DNA of 64,000 nt from Mobula hypostoma (Eukaryota): contig NC_086108.1 of NCBI RefSeq assembly GCF_963921235.1, positions 93,746,001 to 93,810,000 of the forward strand. The letters are read 5' to 3'. Shown piece after piece: positions 26,601 through 37,239 of the stretch. The position numbers and the translations under genes are program-made. How positions within the stretch are numbered: position 1 is the stretch's first letter; each line of letters starts with the position of its first letter. The notes beneath the pieces were generated by a model. That model did no database searches. It worked only from the letters and a program-made list of their open reading frames with translations, and had not been told where the DNA came from.

Positions 26601-28834
26601 AGCAGCTGAGAATAGATGAATATTCAGTCTCCCAAACAACTTTAGACCAGGTAACCATTTCCACAGATGAATCATTCCACTTCTTGTAAATTAATTGTCA
26701 ACACAAGAGATTCTGCATGTGCCGGGAATCTTGTGCAACACACATACTAAATGCTGGAGGAACTCAGCAAGACAGCAGTATCAATGGAGGAGAATAAACA
26801 GTCAACATTTCAGACCGAGACCCTTCGCCAGAACTAATCATCAACTAACCATTATTGTCCCGCCATTCAAATATGGCTGATTTGTTTTTCAACGTTCTCC
26901 CCATAATAACCCCCTTCATCAATCAAGGACCAATCAAACTACATCTTAAATACACCAATTGACTTGGCCTCAACAAACCTCCATGGTAATGAATTCTACT
27001 GAATTACCACCAAACTAAACCTACCTCCTTTCTGGGAGACCTCATGTGCAGTTTCACAACAGTAACAGCATCCATCAGTTTCTTACTGTGATGCGCAGTT
27101 ACAAGTGGACCCTAAGGACGGTGCATTCTCTCAATGGAGAAAATCCCATGTTGTCTATTTGACGAGTTGAGTATGGGTGTCTCTATTGGTTTATTGGATT
27201 TCCCTCAGTTCTCCTTGGTGAACTTTGAACTGTCCAAAGATGCGTCCTTGACTCTTCCTTTCTGTCAACCACATGCTGCTTCCTGGTGACTTCATTTACC
27301 ATGCAGCATCCCACGTGCTGTATGTCCAAACCACAGTTCTCAACCTTGCAATGCTTCCATTCAGACAAGTTACTTACTTGTTACATAGCTCACTCCAAGC
27401 TCTACATTAGGAAGACCACTGCACGATCTTCCAACCAAATTGTCACTTCCATCAGCTTAAACCAAAGTCTTGCTCCTTCTCAGCACCCTCTCAGAATGAG
27501 AACGGGGCACGGTAGTGTAGCAGTTAAAATAACTCTAGTATTGCGCCAGTGATCGAGGTTCAATTCCGCTACTGTATGTAATAAGTTTTTATATGTTCTC
27601 CCCATGACCATGTAGGTTAATTGGTTACACAGGCTCATTGGATAGGAAGAGCCTGTTGATGTGGTGTATTTTTAAATAAATAAATAATGAAGGGCCATTT
27701 GAACAACCTTCCAATTGTGGAGCTGTTTCCAATCTCATATCACCCATCACAAAACCTCCCTGTCTCCACCTTCATATTCCCAGGAAGAAGCATCATGTAC
27801 CACAGGCTCATAGCTTCCCTGTGGCCGAAACCTTTGCTCATGCTTCATTTATTGACATGCTTGATTAGCCTCGTGCTTTTCTGCTTAGCCTTCTAATTCC
27901 TCCTCTTGAGCTTTAGTTCACCCAAGAGTCTCTGGGTCCATTCTTATCCTGCTGCAGCTCCCGTTCTTCCCTCAGCCATGCCCGTTCCGATAAAGTCTGC
28001 CCCCAGCCCAGCTATGCCTCCCATTCTGAATTCTTGTCAATGTGCCATATGCCTCAGATTGCCTTACACCTACCAAGCTCAGACCTTTACAAAACATTAA
28101 CTCTTTTCTTCACTTCCAGCATTTTCTGTTTCTGTTTCGGATTGCCAACATCTGCACGTTCTTTTGTTTTTTTGTCCGCAGAGCCGACTCCATCTCAACG
28201 GCTTCTCCTGAGGTCTCTCTGTGCCCTTCCTCTCCCTATGTATGTGCTGCAGACTAGTTTCCTGAGTTCCCACCATGAGATCTTCTCCACTTTTCCCTGC
28301 TTTCCCTTTGGACACCCTCCTCCGTCACCCCTACTTGAAACACAACATTCTGACTGACATCTCTATGAATCACCTCTGTGATTCAGCATCAACTTTACTT
28401 AATGCTCATTGGGACATCCCCCACCCCCACCCTCTCACATTAAAGGTGATGTGTAAGGGTCTGGTCCCAAAACAATAGGCTGGTCATTGCTCTCCACAGA
28501 TGCCATTGAGTTCCTGTGAATTTACAGCATCTGCAGAATCTCTTGTTTTGATAAATGCAAATTATTGGTCAGGTAAGGACGATGTAAGTTTAACACCTGG
28601 AGGCTCCTGTACTTGTTTGCATTGGTTGTTTGCCACACCCTGACAGTTTATGCTTGATTTACCCCTGCCCAGGTGTTTGTGAACTTTGCCAAACAGCAGA
28701 CAGCCGAGGAAGAAAGTCTGGCTCTCCATCCACGTGCAGCTGGGGCCAGGCGGGAGGTGAAAGTAACACCGGCTCCGGTTGAAACCTCTCCCAGCTCTGA
28801 TTCCACCCAGAGGAACCTGGAGAAGAAGTCTTGA
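4380..28834 (+). CDS. ABCA4: ABCA4 (retinal ABC transporter), 3' part; spliced CDS join(4380-4495,4606-4753,7472-7595,10664-10793,12896-13013,13089-13151,13248-13354,14396-14537,17051-17185,20484-20587,21416-21508,26401-26650,28673-28834); 5' exons upstream of window
   Basis: 13 exons with AG/GT borders and compatible phases splice into one open frame with Walker [10 protein letters not shown], signature [10 protein letters not shown], Walker B/D-loop [12 protein letters not shown]-loop TSHSMEECE, VFVNFA and the ABCA4-type LHPRAAGA tail. Exon sizes 116,148,124,130,118,63,107,142,135,104,93,250 match recalled human exons 37-48 (118 vs 121). Confidence 0.95.
4606..4753 (+). CDS. ABCA4: ABCA4 exon (~38): [49 protein letters not shown]
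   Basis: ttgcag| ... AGG|gtgggt, 148 bp. Confidence 0.94.
4799..4951. repeat. Palindromic Penelope-derived element (61-bp inverted arms)
   Basis: Arms 4799-4859 and 4891-4951 are reverse complements with 3 mismatches. Confidence 0.85.
5810..6460 (+). mobile_element. CR1 3' fragments
   Basis: [18 protein letters not shown]...TRGHGL...FFTQRV..WNKLP. Confidence 0.8.
6910..7287. mobile_element. Non-autonomous Tc1/mariner-like DNA element remnants
   Basis: Repeated TGATTGATAAGTT(C/T)GTGGCCTA.G.TAGAAGGAG at ~6965 and ~7145; terminal TGTGCAAAA / TTTTGCACAGTACTGTA. Confidence 0.5.
7472..7595 (+). CDS. ABCA4: ABCA4 exon (~39): [41 protein letters not shown]
   Basis: ttccag| ... TTTG|gtaag, 124 bp; [12 protein letters not shown] motif. 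Confidence 0.94.
8597..8704. repeat. (CA)n microsatellite within a Penelope-derived repeat
   Basis: Direct inspection. Confidence 0.95.
9754..9847. repeat. 47-bp tandem duplication (2 copies)
   Basis: GAT(A/G)TGATGGAGCTGGAAGATAGAGTATAATCTTTACAGGAAG(T/C)GG twice. Confidence 0.9.
10664..10793 (+). CDS. ABCA4: ABCA4 exon (~40): [42 protein letters not shown]
   Basis: ttgtag| ... CTT|gtacgt, 130 bp. Confidence 0.93.
12896..13013 (+). CDS. ABCA4: ABCA4 exon (~41): [39 protein letters not shown]
   Basis: atacag| ... AAG|gtgggt, 118 bp; EDDDVAxER motif. Confidence 0.92.
13089..13151 (+). CDS. ABCA4: ABCA4 exon (~42): [21 protein letters not shown]
   Basis: ccacag| ... GAG|gtatgt, 63 bp. Confidence 0.94.
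13248..13354 (+). CDS. ABCA4: ABCA4 exon (~43), NBD2 Walker [36 protein letters not shown]
   Basis: ctttag| ... CAG|gtacat, 107 bp. Confidence 0.96.
13390..13640 (-). mobile_element. V-SINE-like tRNA-derived SINE (representative; further copies at ~7860, 21150, 31380, 48990, 49340, 56310, 63160)
   Basis: Recurrent GTGGGAGGAAACC...CACGGGGAGAAC.TACAAACTCCTTACAG...GGAATTGAACCC consensus; reverse strand gives a B-box-like GGTTCAATTCC. Confidence 0.7.
13810..13904 (+). mobile_element. Short Penelope-derived insertion carrying a 5'-clipped hammerhead motif
   Basis: TGATGA-AGGGTCTCGGCCT-GAAA-CGTC-GACTG; flanking direct repeat AAGAGTGATG (13805-13814, 13908-13917). Confidence 0.75.
14396..14537 (+). 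CDS. ABCA4: ABCA4 exon (~44), Q-loop: [47 protein letters not shown]
   Basis: tctcag| ... CAG|gtaatt, 142 bp. Confidence 0.96.
14880..16400 (-). mobile_element. Rex1/Babar-like LINE, degenerate RT
   Basis: [65 protein letters not shown]. Confidence 0.8.
17051..17185 (+). CDS. ABCA4: ABCA4 exon (~45), ABC signature: [45 protein letters not shown]
   Basis: ttccag| ... CTG|gtagga, 135 bp. Confidence 0.96.
18250..18774 (-). mobile_element. 5'-truncated Penelope-like element (GIY-YIG C-terminus, 3' UTR, hammerhead motif at ~18309-18345)
   Basis: [38 protein letters not shown]; 11-bp direct repeat GAAAAAGATGT at 18239-18249 and 18775-18785. Confidence 0.8.
19284..19620 (-). mobile_element. CR1 3' end fragment
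   Basis: DSQRLFPR...TRGH..KVLG...FFTQR; (catagaaa) tail; related copies at ~29395-29685, ~48180-48515, ~54825-55095. Confidence 0.8.
20484..20587 (+). CDS. ABCA4: ABCA4 exon (~46), Walker B/D-loop/H-loop: [34 protein letters not shown]
   Basis: cattag| ... CAG|gtgact, 104 bp. Confidence 0.96.
20670..21040 (+). mobile_element. Non-autonomous retroelement (RTE-associated SINE-like), copy 1; copy 2 at ~30335-30720
   Basis: Two collinear ~370-bp copies ending in ATGAACGA-like tails; family assignment tentative. Confidence 0.6.
21416..21508 (+). CDS. ABCA4: ABCA4 exon (~47): [30 protein letters not shown]
   Basis: ttacag| ... TAA|gtaggt, 93 bp. Confidence 0.96.
22276..24703 (-). mobile_element. 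hAT (Charlie-group, GTF2IRD2/SPIN-like transposase) DNA transposon, frameshifted
   Basis: Perfect 15-bp TIRs CAGGGGTGTCAAACT (22276-22290, 24689-24703); 8-bp TSD TAGTAAAG/TAGCAAAG; motifs [32 protein letters not shown]. Confidence 0.95.
24735..25205 (-). mobile_element. Penelope-like element fragment, second family (GIY-YIG) with decayed hammerhead
   Basis: Minus strand CNKNYIGQT..., [10 protein letters not shown]...FLE.WFS; downstream CCGAGAA-TGTCACC-tcagct-GGTGAT-GAAATGTC. Confidence 0.7.
26401..26650 (+). CDS. ABCA4: ABCA4 exon (~48), regulatory domain 2: [13 protein letters not shown]...[13 protein letters not shown]
   Basis: taatag| ... CAG|gtaacc, 250 bp. Confidence 0.95.
28673..28834 (+). 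CDS. ABCA4: ABCA4 last coding exon: [53 protein letters not shown]
   Basis: gcccag| acceptor, VFVNFA motif, TGA at 28832-28834; 3' end assumes no internal donor is used. Confidence 0.85.
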   Translation: MFVNFAKQQTAEEESLALHPRAAGARREVKVTPAPVETSPSSDSTQRNLEKKS

Positions 28835-29139
28835 GGAAGTGCCAAGGCTGCCACGGTGATCAGATCGCACTGTGTGGACTGAATCGCAAAGGTTCTGACT
28901 CTGATACCTCTCCACTGGTGGTCTCAGTAAGAGAGACCCCAACACGTGAGGACTCTACATTATCAATGTGGCGGCAACTACCAGGAGCTGCAAAACTTGG
29001 ATGCCAAGTTTTGTGACTTGCTGAATAGTGAGCTACCAACCTCAGTATCTTGTACCTCTAATCCCAAAGGAAGGTCCACCTCCGGCTAAGTACAATTGCT
29101 ATAAATTACACATGGCTATTGCAGTGTCACGGTCAGATC

Positions 29140-30003
29140 ACACACTCTGGCCACTTCTTTAGGCACAGGATGTACCTATGAAGTGGCCACTGAGTGTATG
29201 CTCATGGTCTTTCACTGCTGTAGCCCGTCCACTTCAAGGTTCGACATGCTGTGCATTCAGAGATGCTCTTCTGCACACCACTGTTGTAATGCGTGGTTAC
29301 TTGAGTTACTGTCACCTTCCAGTCAGCTTGAACCAGTCTGGCCATTCTCCTCTGACCTCTCTCATTAAAAAGGCATTTTCACCCACAGATGTTTAGAAAC
29401 ATAGAAAACCTACAGCACAATACAGGCCCTTCGGCCCACAATGCTGTGCTGAACATGTGCTTACCTTAGAAATTACCTAGGGTTACCCATAGGCCTCTAT
29501 TTTTCTAAGCTCCATGTACCTCTCCAGGAGTCTCTTAAAAGACCCTATTGCATCCACCTCCACCACCATCACCAGCAACCCATTCCACGCACTCACCACT
29601 CTCTGCATAACAACTTACCCCTGACATCCCCTCTGTACCTACTTCCAAGCACCTTAAAACTGTGCCCTCTCATGTTAGCCATAACACATGTTAGCCAGTG
29701 TTTTTTTGTTTTTTGCACTATTCTTTGTAAACTCTGGAGATTGTAGTGCATAAAAATCCCAGGAGGTCAGCAGTTTCTGAGATACTCAAACCACCCTGTC
29801 TGGCACCACAACCATTCCATGCTCAAAGTCGCTTAGACCACATTTCTTCCTCATTCTGATGTTTAGTCTGAACAATAACTGAACCCCTTGATCATACCTG
29901 TATACTTTAATGCGTTGAGTTGCTGCTCCATGATTGGCTGATTAGACAGTTGCGTTAACAAGCAGGTGTACAGATGTACCTATTACAGGGGCCACCTAGT
30001 GTG
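29140..30003. mobile_element. Tc1-like non-autonomous element with nested CR1 tail, in the putative ABCA4 3' UTR
   Basis: CACTC..TGGCCACTT / AAGTGGCCACTGAGTGTA-type terminal motifs; related remnant at ~4130-4280. Confidence 0.5.
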
Positions 30004-32010
30004 GAGCCTGTGCACCTAAACGTATTAAAAGCCTGTTAACGACATTACGTTATTCAGTATTGTTAAAAGTGGAAATTTAATATCTAATACTTTAAGATAG
30101 GCTTAACATACTGTCAGACTGAACGTAAATAAAAATAACTTGGGGGGGGGGGTTAGGTTTCCTCTGCACATTACATTAAGAATCCCTCCCAAAACAAAAA
30201 AAACACAAATGCTGGGAAACTGAAACTCAAACAGAAAATTTTGGGTATCTGAAATGCTATCACTATTTCTCCCTCAATAGATGCTACAACCGCCCTGCTA
30301 AGTACTTTCTGTTCTCATTTATAATCTTTGTATTGGCGGTGGGGTGGAGATTCGTCTCTTCCAAAGGAGGTGTAAGGCGCTCCTTCCCTCCACTAGCCTG
30401 TAGGTCACCCTTGGGCAAGCTGTAGCACCTGCTTAGCCCCCAGTCCAGGTCACATAAAGCCATGGGAGCAGATGGTGAATGGTCATATCAGGAGCTGGGG
30501 CCTTTCACAAGTCCTGGTTATGCCACCACTGACACCAGGCGGACAACGTTTGAAGAGGACTGATAATGGCTGAGGTCACCCATCTTGTAAAGACACTGCC
30601 CAGAAGACGGCAATGGCAAACCACTTCCGTCGAAAAATTTGCCACGAACAATCATGGTCATGGAAAGGCCATGATTGCCCTTGTCATACAACACAGCACA
30701 CAACGGACGAATGAACGATTGGCTGCCATTTCCTATGTTTCAACACACTATATTGGTTGTAAAAAGGGGCATAAAAGACACCATAGAAGTGCAAATCTAT
30801 TTCTTTTATATTAAAAACAGGTTTATGACTATGTTACAGCCATGATAGGTAAATTCTTCCTCCACAGTCCTACCTTGATAGGTTTCTCAGAATTAAAGCC
30901 TGTTCCCATAATTAGTGGTGCCACAAAGGACATGTGTATCTATGGGAGTGTTTGTCCGCAGGATTCTGCACTGTAAGACCCTGACTGACAGGGGCCTAAC
31001 CTCAGTCCAATAAATCTTTTGAAGCTAGTGAAACTCTAAAGATCATACTCTCTACTAAAATGTGATTTGTTATTTTTTAGGTTTTTAGTGATAATTAGAA
31101 TGAGTCAAAATATAGTAGATCTGACACCATAAAATTACAAATAAAATTCCAACTTCAACCACATTGGTGATGACCTGATACTCTCAATTCTAGCAAGCAG
31201 GTACAGGATCCAAGCTTCTCAGACTCAGAAAGATCCCTCTGCCACATAAAAATGTTTCTCCCACCCGTTCCCCAGTCACCTCGCATGTAGACAGAAACAG
31301 ACACACGGATGTGGAGAAGCAGAGACATGCAGAAACACACACACACACACACACTCACACAATACATACAGAGGAATGCATCAATGACAGAGTCCAAGGA
31401 TCTGCTGGGGGCAGCCTGCAAGTGCCACCCTGCTTCCGACACCAACACAGCATGCCCACAGCTTACTGATGTGTATGTCTTTGGAATGAGTGAAAAAATG
31501 AGTGAAAACCCGAAGAAAACTACGCCGTCACAGGGAGAAGATACTCCTTACAGACAGTGGCAGGAATTGAACCTCAATCAGTGCCATTGTAAAGGGTTAC
31601 GCTAGCCGCTACCTTACCGTGTCACCCTCAATGTTTATCTTAAGGTGCACTCCCGATATGCGCCTGATGCACTATCAATAGCTCCAAAAGACTGGAAGTA
31701 GAGTAAGTACTGAAAGGCTTTTATTAGCAGTAAAATGTGACCTCCAGCATGCTGAGTGTCTGCCCCTGGACTGAGGGAGGAGCAGTGGCACAATCGCCTT
31801 TGTTCAGGGGTCTGTGGGAGGAGCCCCAGGGGCAGTCAGCAGAGGGGCGTATCCAGACAGGTAACCCAGTTACAATATATATATATATGGTTTACCACAG
31901 CACCCTTAGGAGACGCACATGTTTAAGGACAGACACAGCAAAATGCACTCACACTGAGGGAAAAACACAAACACAGAAGCTAGCACATATACACAGAGAC
32001 TTGTATCTGC

Positions 32011-32011
<1 letters not shown>

Positions 32012-32052
<41 letters not shown>
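32012..32052. repeat. (CA)n microsatellite
   Basis: Direct inspection. Confidence 0.95.
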
Positions 32053-32055
<3 letters not shown>

Positions 32056-32933
32056 GAAACACAGAGCCACATGGCACACGGAGAAAGACAACCTCACTGC
32101 CCTTGTGGGGAGAAATAAAACTGAGCACTCTGGAGAAATGTTGTGATGTCGTACCATTTACCTGGACATGGAACACTGCTAATATGTCCTTCTATTAAGT
32201 GTCAGAGTTATTATGTACCCCAGCACCTGAAAATGCAAAGTCGGTACTTGTATGAGATTGTCCTTTAAGGAGTTTTGCTCAAAATTGCTGAACAATCAGA
32301 AACATCAGCGGTGATATGCTGCTGGTAAATACTGTATGTTATCCAGACCAACATCTGGCATTTGAAAAACTTTTAAGTCTATCTGACACGTTCAGTGCAA
32401 ATACCCATGACTGGATGCTGATTGCCCAACACACTCTACTCCCTCACTAGCAATTTATAAATACCGATCAGCAATTTATGCACTCAGTGTGGTTAAGCTC
32501 CTTCCTACAGTGGCTCGAAAACTGCGGGGAAAAGGAAGAGACAGTCCTTTCATTAATCTCTCCTTCCCACAGCAAGTATGGGTATAATGCACTAGCTCAG
32601 GTATAATGCAATAGTTTTGATCTTTATATGAGAGCTAGCCACAGCAGCCCTGAGGGACAGGGTCTGAAACTTCTGATCAAAGAAATGAGAGTGGCTTCAG
32701 TTAATACGCCGCAAATCATGGCCATCACCCTGGGATCTGAGACAGGTAGAATAAAGGTCTGAATCACCCTGGGGTCACCTCATGAGACAGGTGGAATAAA
32801 GGTCTGAGTGTTGTACACCCTGCAGTATGAATTATACAGCCAACACTCTGAATTACGTATACTACTCACAATGGAATTAAACAGATTATAAAATAGGACC
32901 TCCTCAGAAATTCTGCACGGCAACTTCATACAG

Positions 32934-35607
32934 CATAGAAACATAGAAACATAGAAACATAGAAAATAGGTGCAGGAATAGGCCATTCGGCCCTTCGAGC
33001 CTGCACCGCCATTTATTATGATCATGGCTGATCATCCAACTCAGAACCCCGCCCCAGCCTTCCCTCTATACCCCCTGATCCCCATAGCCACAAGGGCCAT
33101 ATCTAACTCCCTCTTAAATATAGCCAATGAACTGGCCTCAACTGTCTCCTGTGGCAGAGAATTCCACAGATTCACCACTCTCTGTGTGAAGAAGTTTTTC
33201 CTAATCTCGGTCCTAAAAGGCTTCCCCTTTATCCTCAAACTGTGACCCCTTGTTCTGGACTTCCCCAACATCGGGAACAATCTTCCTGCATCTAGCCTGT
33301 CCAACCCCTTTAGGATTTTATACGTTTCAATCAGATCCCCCCTCAATCTTCTAAATTCCAACGAGTACAAGCCCAGTTCATCCAGTCTTTCTTCATATGA
33401 AAGTCCTGCCATCCCAGGAATCAATCTGGTGAACCTTCTTTGTACTCCCTCTATGGCAAAGATGTCTTTCCTCAGATTAGGGGACCCAAACTGCACACAA
33501 TACTCCAGGTGTGGTCTCACCAAGGCCTTGTACAACTGCAGTAGTACCTCCCTGCTCCCGTACTCGAATCCTCTCGCTATAAATGCCAGCATACCATTCG
33601 CCTTTTTCACCGCCTGCTGTACCTTCATGCCCACTTTCAATGACTGGTGTATAATAACACCCAGGTCTCGTTGCACCTCCCCTTTTCCTAATCGGCCACC
33701 ATTCAGATAATAATCTGTTTTCCTATTTTTGCCACCAAAGTGGATAACTTCACATTTATTCACATTAAATTGCATCTGCCATGAATTTGCCCACTCACCC
33801 AACCTATCCAAGTCACTCTGCATCCTCTTAGCATCCTCCTCACAGCTAACACTGCCACCCAGCTTCGTGTCATCCGCAAACTTGAAGATGCTGCATTTAA
33901 TTCCCTCATCCAAGTCATTAATATATATTGTAAACAACTGGGTCCCAGCACTGAGCCTTGCGGTACCCCACTAGTCACCGCCTGCCATTCTGAAAAGGTC
34001 CCGTTTATTCCCACTCTTTGCTTCCTGTCTGCTAACCAATTCTCCATCCACATCAATACCTTACCCCCAATACCGTGTGCTTTAAGTTTGCACACTAATC
34101 TCCTGTGTGGGACCTTGTCAAAAGCCTTTTGAAAATCCAAATATACCACATCCACTGGTTCTCCCCTATCCACTCTACTAGTTACATCCTCAAAAAATTC
34201 TATGAGATTCGTCAGACATGATTTTCCTTTCACAAATCCATGCTGATTTTGTCCGATGATTTCACTGCTTTCCAAATGTGCTGTTATCACATCTTTGATA
34301 ACTGACTCCAGCAGTTTTCCCACCACCGACGTTAGGCTAACCGGTCTATAATTCCCCGGTTTCTCTCTCCCTCCTTTTTTAAAAAGTGGGGTTACATTAG
34401 CCACCCTCCAATCCTCAGGAACTAGTCCAGAATCTAACAAGTTTTGAAAAATTATCACTAATGCATCCACTATTTCTTGGGCTACTTCCTTAAGCACTCT
34501 AGGATGCAGACCATCTGGCCCTGGGGATTTATCTGCCTTCAATCCCTTCAATTTACCTAACACCACTTCCCTACTAACATGTATTTCGCTCAGTTCCTCC
34601 ATCTCACTGGACCCTCTGTCCCCTACTATTTCTGGAAGATTATTTATGTCCTCCTTAGTGAAGACAGAACCAAAGTAATTATTCAATTGGTCTGCCATGT
34701 CCTTGCTCCCCATAATCAATTCACCTGTTTCTGTCTGTAGGGGACCTACATTTGTCTTTACCAGTCTTTTCCTTTTTACATATCTATAAAAGCTTTTCCA
34801 ATCAGTTTTTATGTTCCCTGCCAGTTTTCTCTCATAATCTTTTTTCCCCTTCCTAATTAAGCCCTTTGTCCTCCTCTGCTGAACTCTGAATTTCTCCCAG
34901 TCCTCAGGTGAGCCACTTTCTCTGGCTAATTTGTATGCTTCTTCTTTGGAATTGATACTGTCCCTAATTTCCCTTGTCAGCCACGGGTGCACTACCTTCC
35001 TTGATTTATTCTTTTGCCAAACTGGGATGAACAATTGTTGTAGTTCATCCATGCAACCTTTAAATGCTTGCCATTGCATATCCACCGTCAATCCTTTAAG
35101 TGTCATTTGCCAGTCTATCTTAGCTAATTCACGTCTCATACCTTCAAAGTTACCCCTCTTTAAGTTCAGAACCTTTGTTTCTGAATTAACTATGTCACTC
35201 TCCATCTTAATGAAGAATTCCACCATATTATGGTCACTCTTACCCAAGGGGCCTCTCACGACAAGATTGCTAATTAACCCTTCCTCATTGCTCAAAACCC
35301 AGTCCAGGATAGCCTGCTCTCTAGTTGGTTCCTCGACATGTTGGTTCAAAAAACCATCCCGCATACTTTCCAAGAAATCCTCTTCCTCAGCACCTTTACC
35401 AATTTGGTTCACCCAATCTACATGTAGATTGAAGTCACCCATTATAACTGCTGTTCCTTTATTGCACACATTTCTAATTTCCTGTTTAATACCATCTCCG
35501 ACCTCACTACTACTGTTAGGTGGCCTGTACACAACTCCCACCAGCGTCTTCTGCCCCTTAGTGTTACGCAGCTCTACCCATATCGATTCCACATCTTCCC
35601 GGCTTAT
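32934..35607 (-). mobile_element. Young 5'-truncated CR1 LINE (APE endonuclease C-part + RT + 3' UTR)
   Basis: ORFs 33760-35652 and 33041-33937 ([34 protein letters not shown]) broken by a single frameshift near 33940; (TTTCTATG)n tail. Confidence 0.96.
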
Positions 35608-37111
35608 GGAGAAGGGGTAGCGTTGGTAGGCTGGTCTATAGTTATCCCTCAACCAACGCCACTTAGATGAGTTCTCAGATTATTATCCTGCTGCTGTTGT
35701 AGGAGCTTTCTGAGCCGCTGCCACGTTTTCTGAATTACCATAGTGATTCTTTCAAAAGTACTTCATGAAATGTACAGTGCTTGGTGAGGTCCCAAGAGTG
35801 TGACAGGTACTATACAAATGCAGATCTTTTTTACATCATGCACACAGTTTTGTCACGTTTGTTACCAGGGAAGCAATAGACCAGCAACGCTCAAACCTTG
35901 ACACGCAGGCAGCTCCCAGACTCACGTTCTAGCACCCGCTATTTCCCCACAGCCCAGGTCTGAAGGAAAGCATTGGAGAGGAGGTTGGCAGGTTGGCATC
36001 TGACAAGGCAGGCACTGGAGAGTAGACATGCGGAAGGAATGGATACTGAATGAACGGGCACCTGGGTAGAGACCTGGAACACCAGAATGGCTAGGGCAGG
36101 TGGTAGATGTGTAGTCAGTGACCACTAGGGTAGAGACATTAAAGGAGGTTTCTACCTCCAGAATATATGGGCAGCACTGATGACTCACCAGAGCCCCAGG
36201 TATGGTAACTCCCAAACAAACCTCTACTCTCTGTTTAGGATTTGTTCCTGAGTGTGTGACCCTGGAGACATAAGGTACTGGAACTGGAGCAAAAATCAAA
36301 TGGATGCAGGGTCTCAGTCTGAAATATCGAATATCCCTTCGCCCCCACAGTTGCTCCTCAACCCGCTGAGTTCCTCCTGCAGAACGTTTTTCACTCTGGT
36401 CTCTGAGCAGAGCAGAATTAAGTGGGAGTTTTATCAAATGAGACAAGTACACTGTTTGATGTGACCCTGCGTATCTGTTTGTACACTGTTTGATGTGAGC
36501 TTTACGCAGGAGCATGACAAGTGTTGGCCACGTTTTTAAGTATATCGTAACCCTCCACCCACTGTAAGCGGCAAGTATGTGCACCCCTGCCCTAAGGCAG
36601 CCCATTGCTTCCTTCTCTTGGAACTTATTAATCTTAAGAGAGCAGAAAACATTTCAGCTAAGCATTCTGATCAGAAATAAACTGCATTAATAAAGATCTG
36701 CAAAATAATGCACACGACACCGAACCACTGTTTGCATTTGTGTTTACTTAGAAACAAAATCTTTACAACAGCAAAGCTCTTTGCCTTTAGCCGACAGTAA
36801 AATATCAAACAGGCCAGTGCACAGAGTGAGATGTGCCTAAGCATTAGAACTGCACAGTTAATGTTAGAAAACAGGGTGTGGATTATAATGCATTGGCAAG
36901 GAGTAATATAATAATCCGCCAGCAATGCTCATGATTTGGCACAGTTCACCACAGCCAGAGGTTTGATTCAATAATATAATTTTGTGGGGTTTCAATTCAC
37001 AAAACAATATTGAATGTTGGCATGTGCTGAAGGCACAGCGACAGTACGTCAGCACAGCAACAAGGATAAAAACATCTGCCGAGCGGACTCTGTGGCATCC
37101 AGTTTGCTACA

Positions 37112-37239
37112 TTACAGCAGGAAAGGAATTATTGGCATGCGTAGGGTGGGATAATCCTTAAACTCCTTCAGATACATGTGATGCTTCCCTTTTGCCCAGA
37201 CTGTCATCTGAAAGAAACCTATTAGGGTGAACAGTCCAA
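37112..37239 (-). CDS. TECR-like last coding exon: (V)[41 protein letters not shown]
   Basis: minus strand tttcag| acceptor; TAA at 37114-37112. Confidence 0.94.

Noticed and set aside
4380..28834. Alternative assignment to ABCA1 or ABCA7
   Set aside because: [20 protein letters not shown] and LHPRAAGA, plus the 148- and 250-bp exons, fit ABCA4 better.
34931..35620. 229-aa plus-strand ORF
   Set aside because: Antisense shadow of CR1 ORF2.
35922..36605. 227-aa minus-strand ORF just downstream of the TECR-like stop
   Set aside because: No recognisable domain, runs through a Penelope-derived palindrome, and probably lies in or near the 3' UTR.
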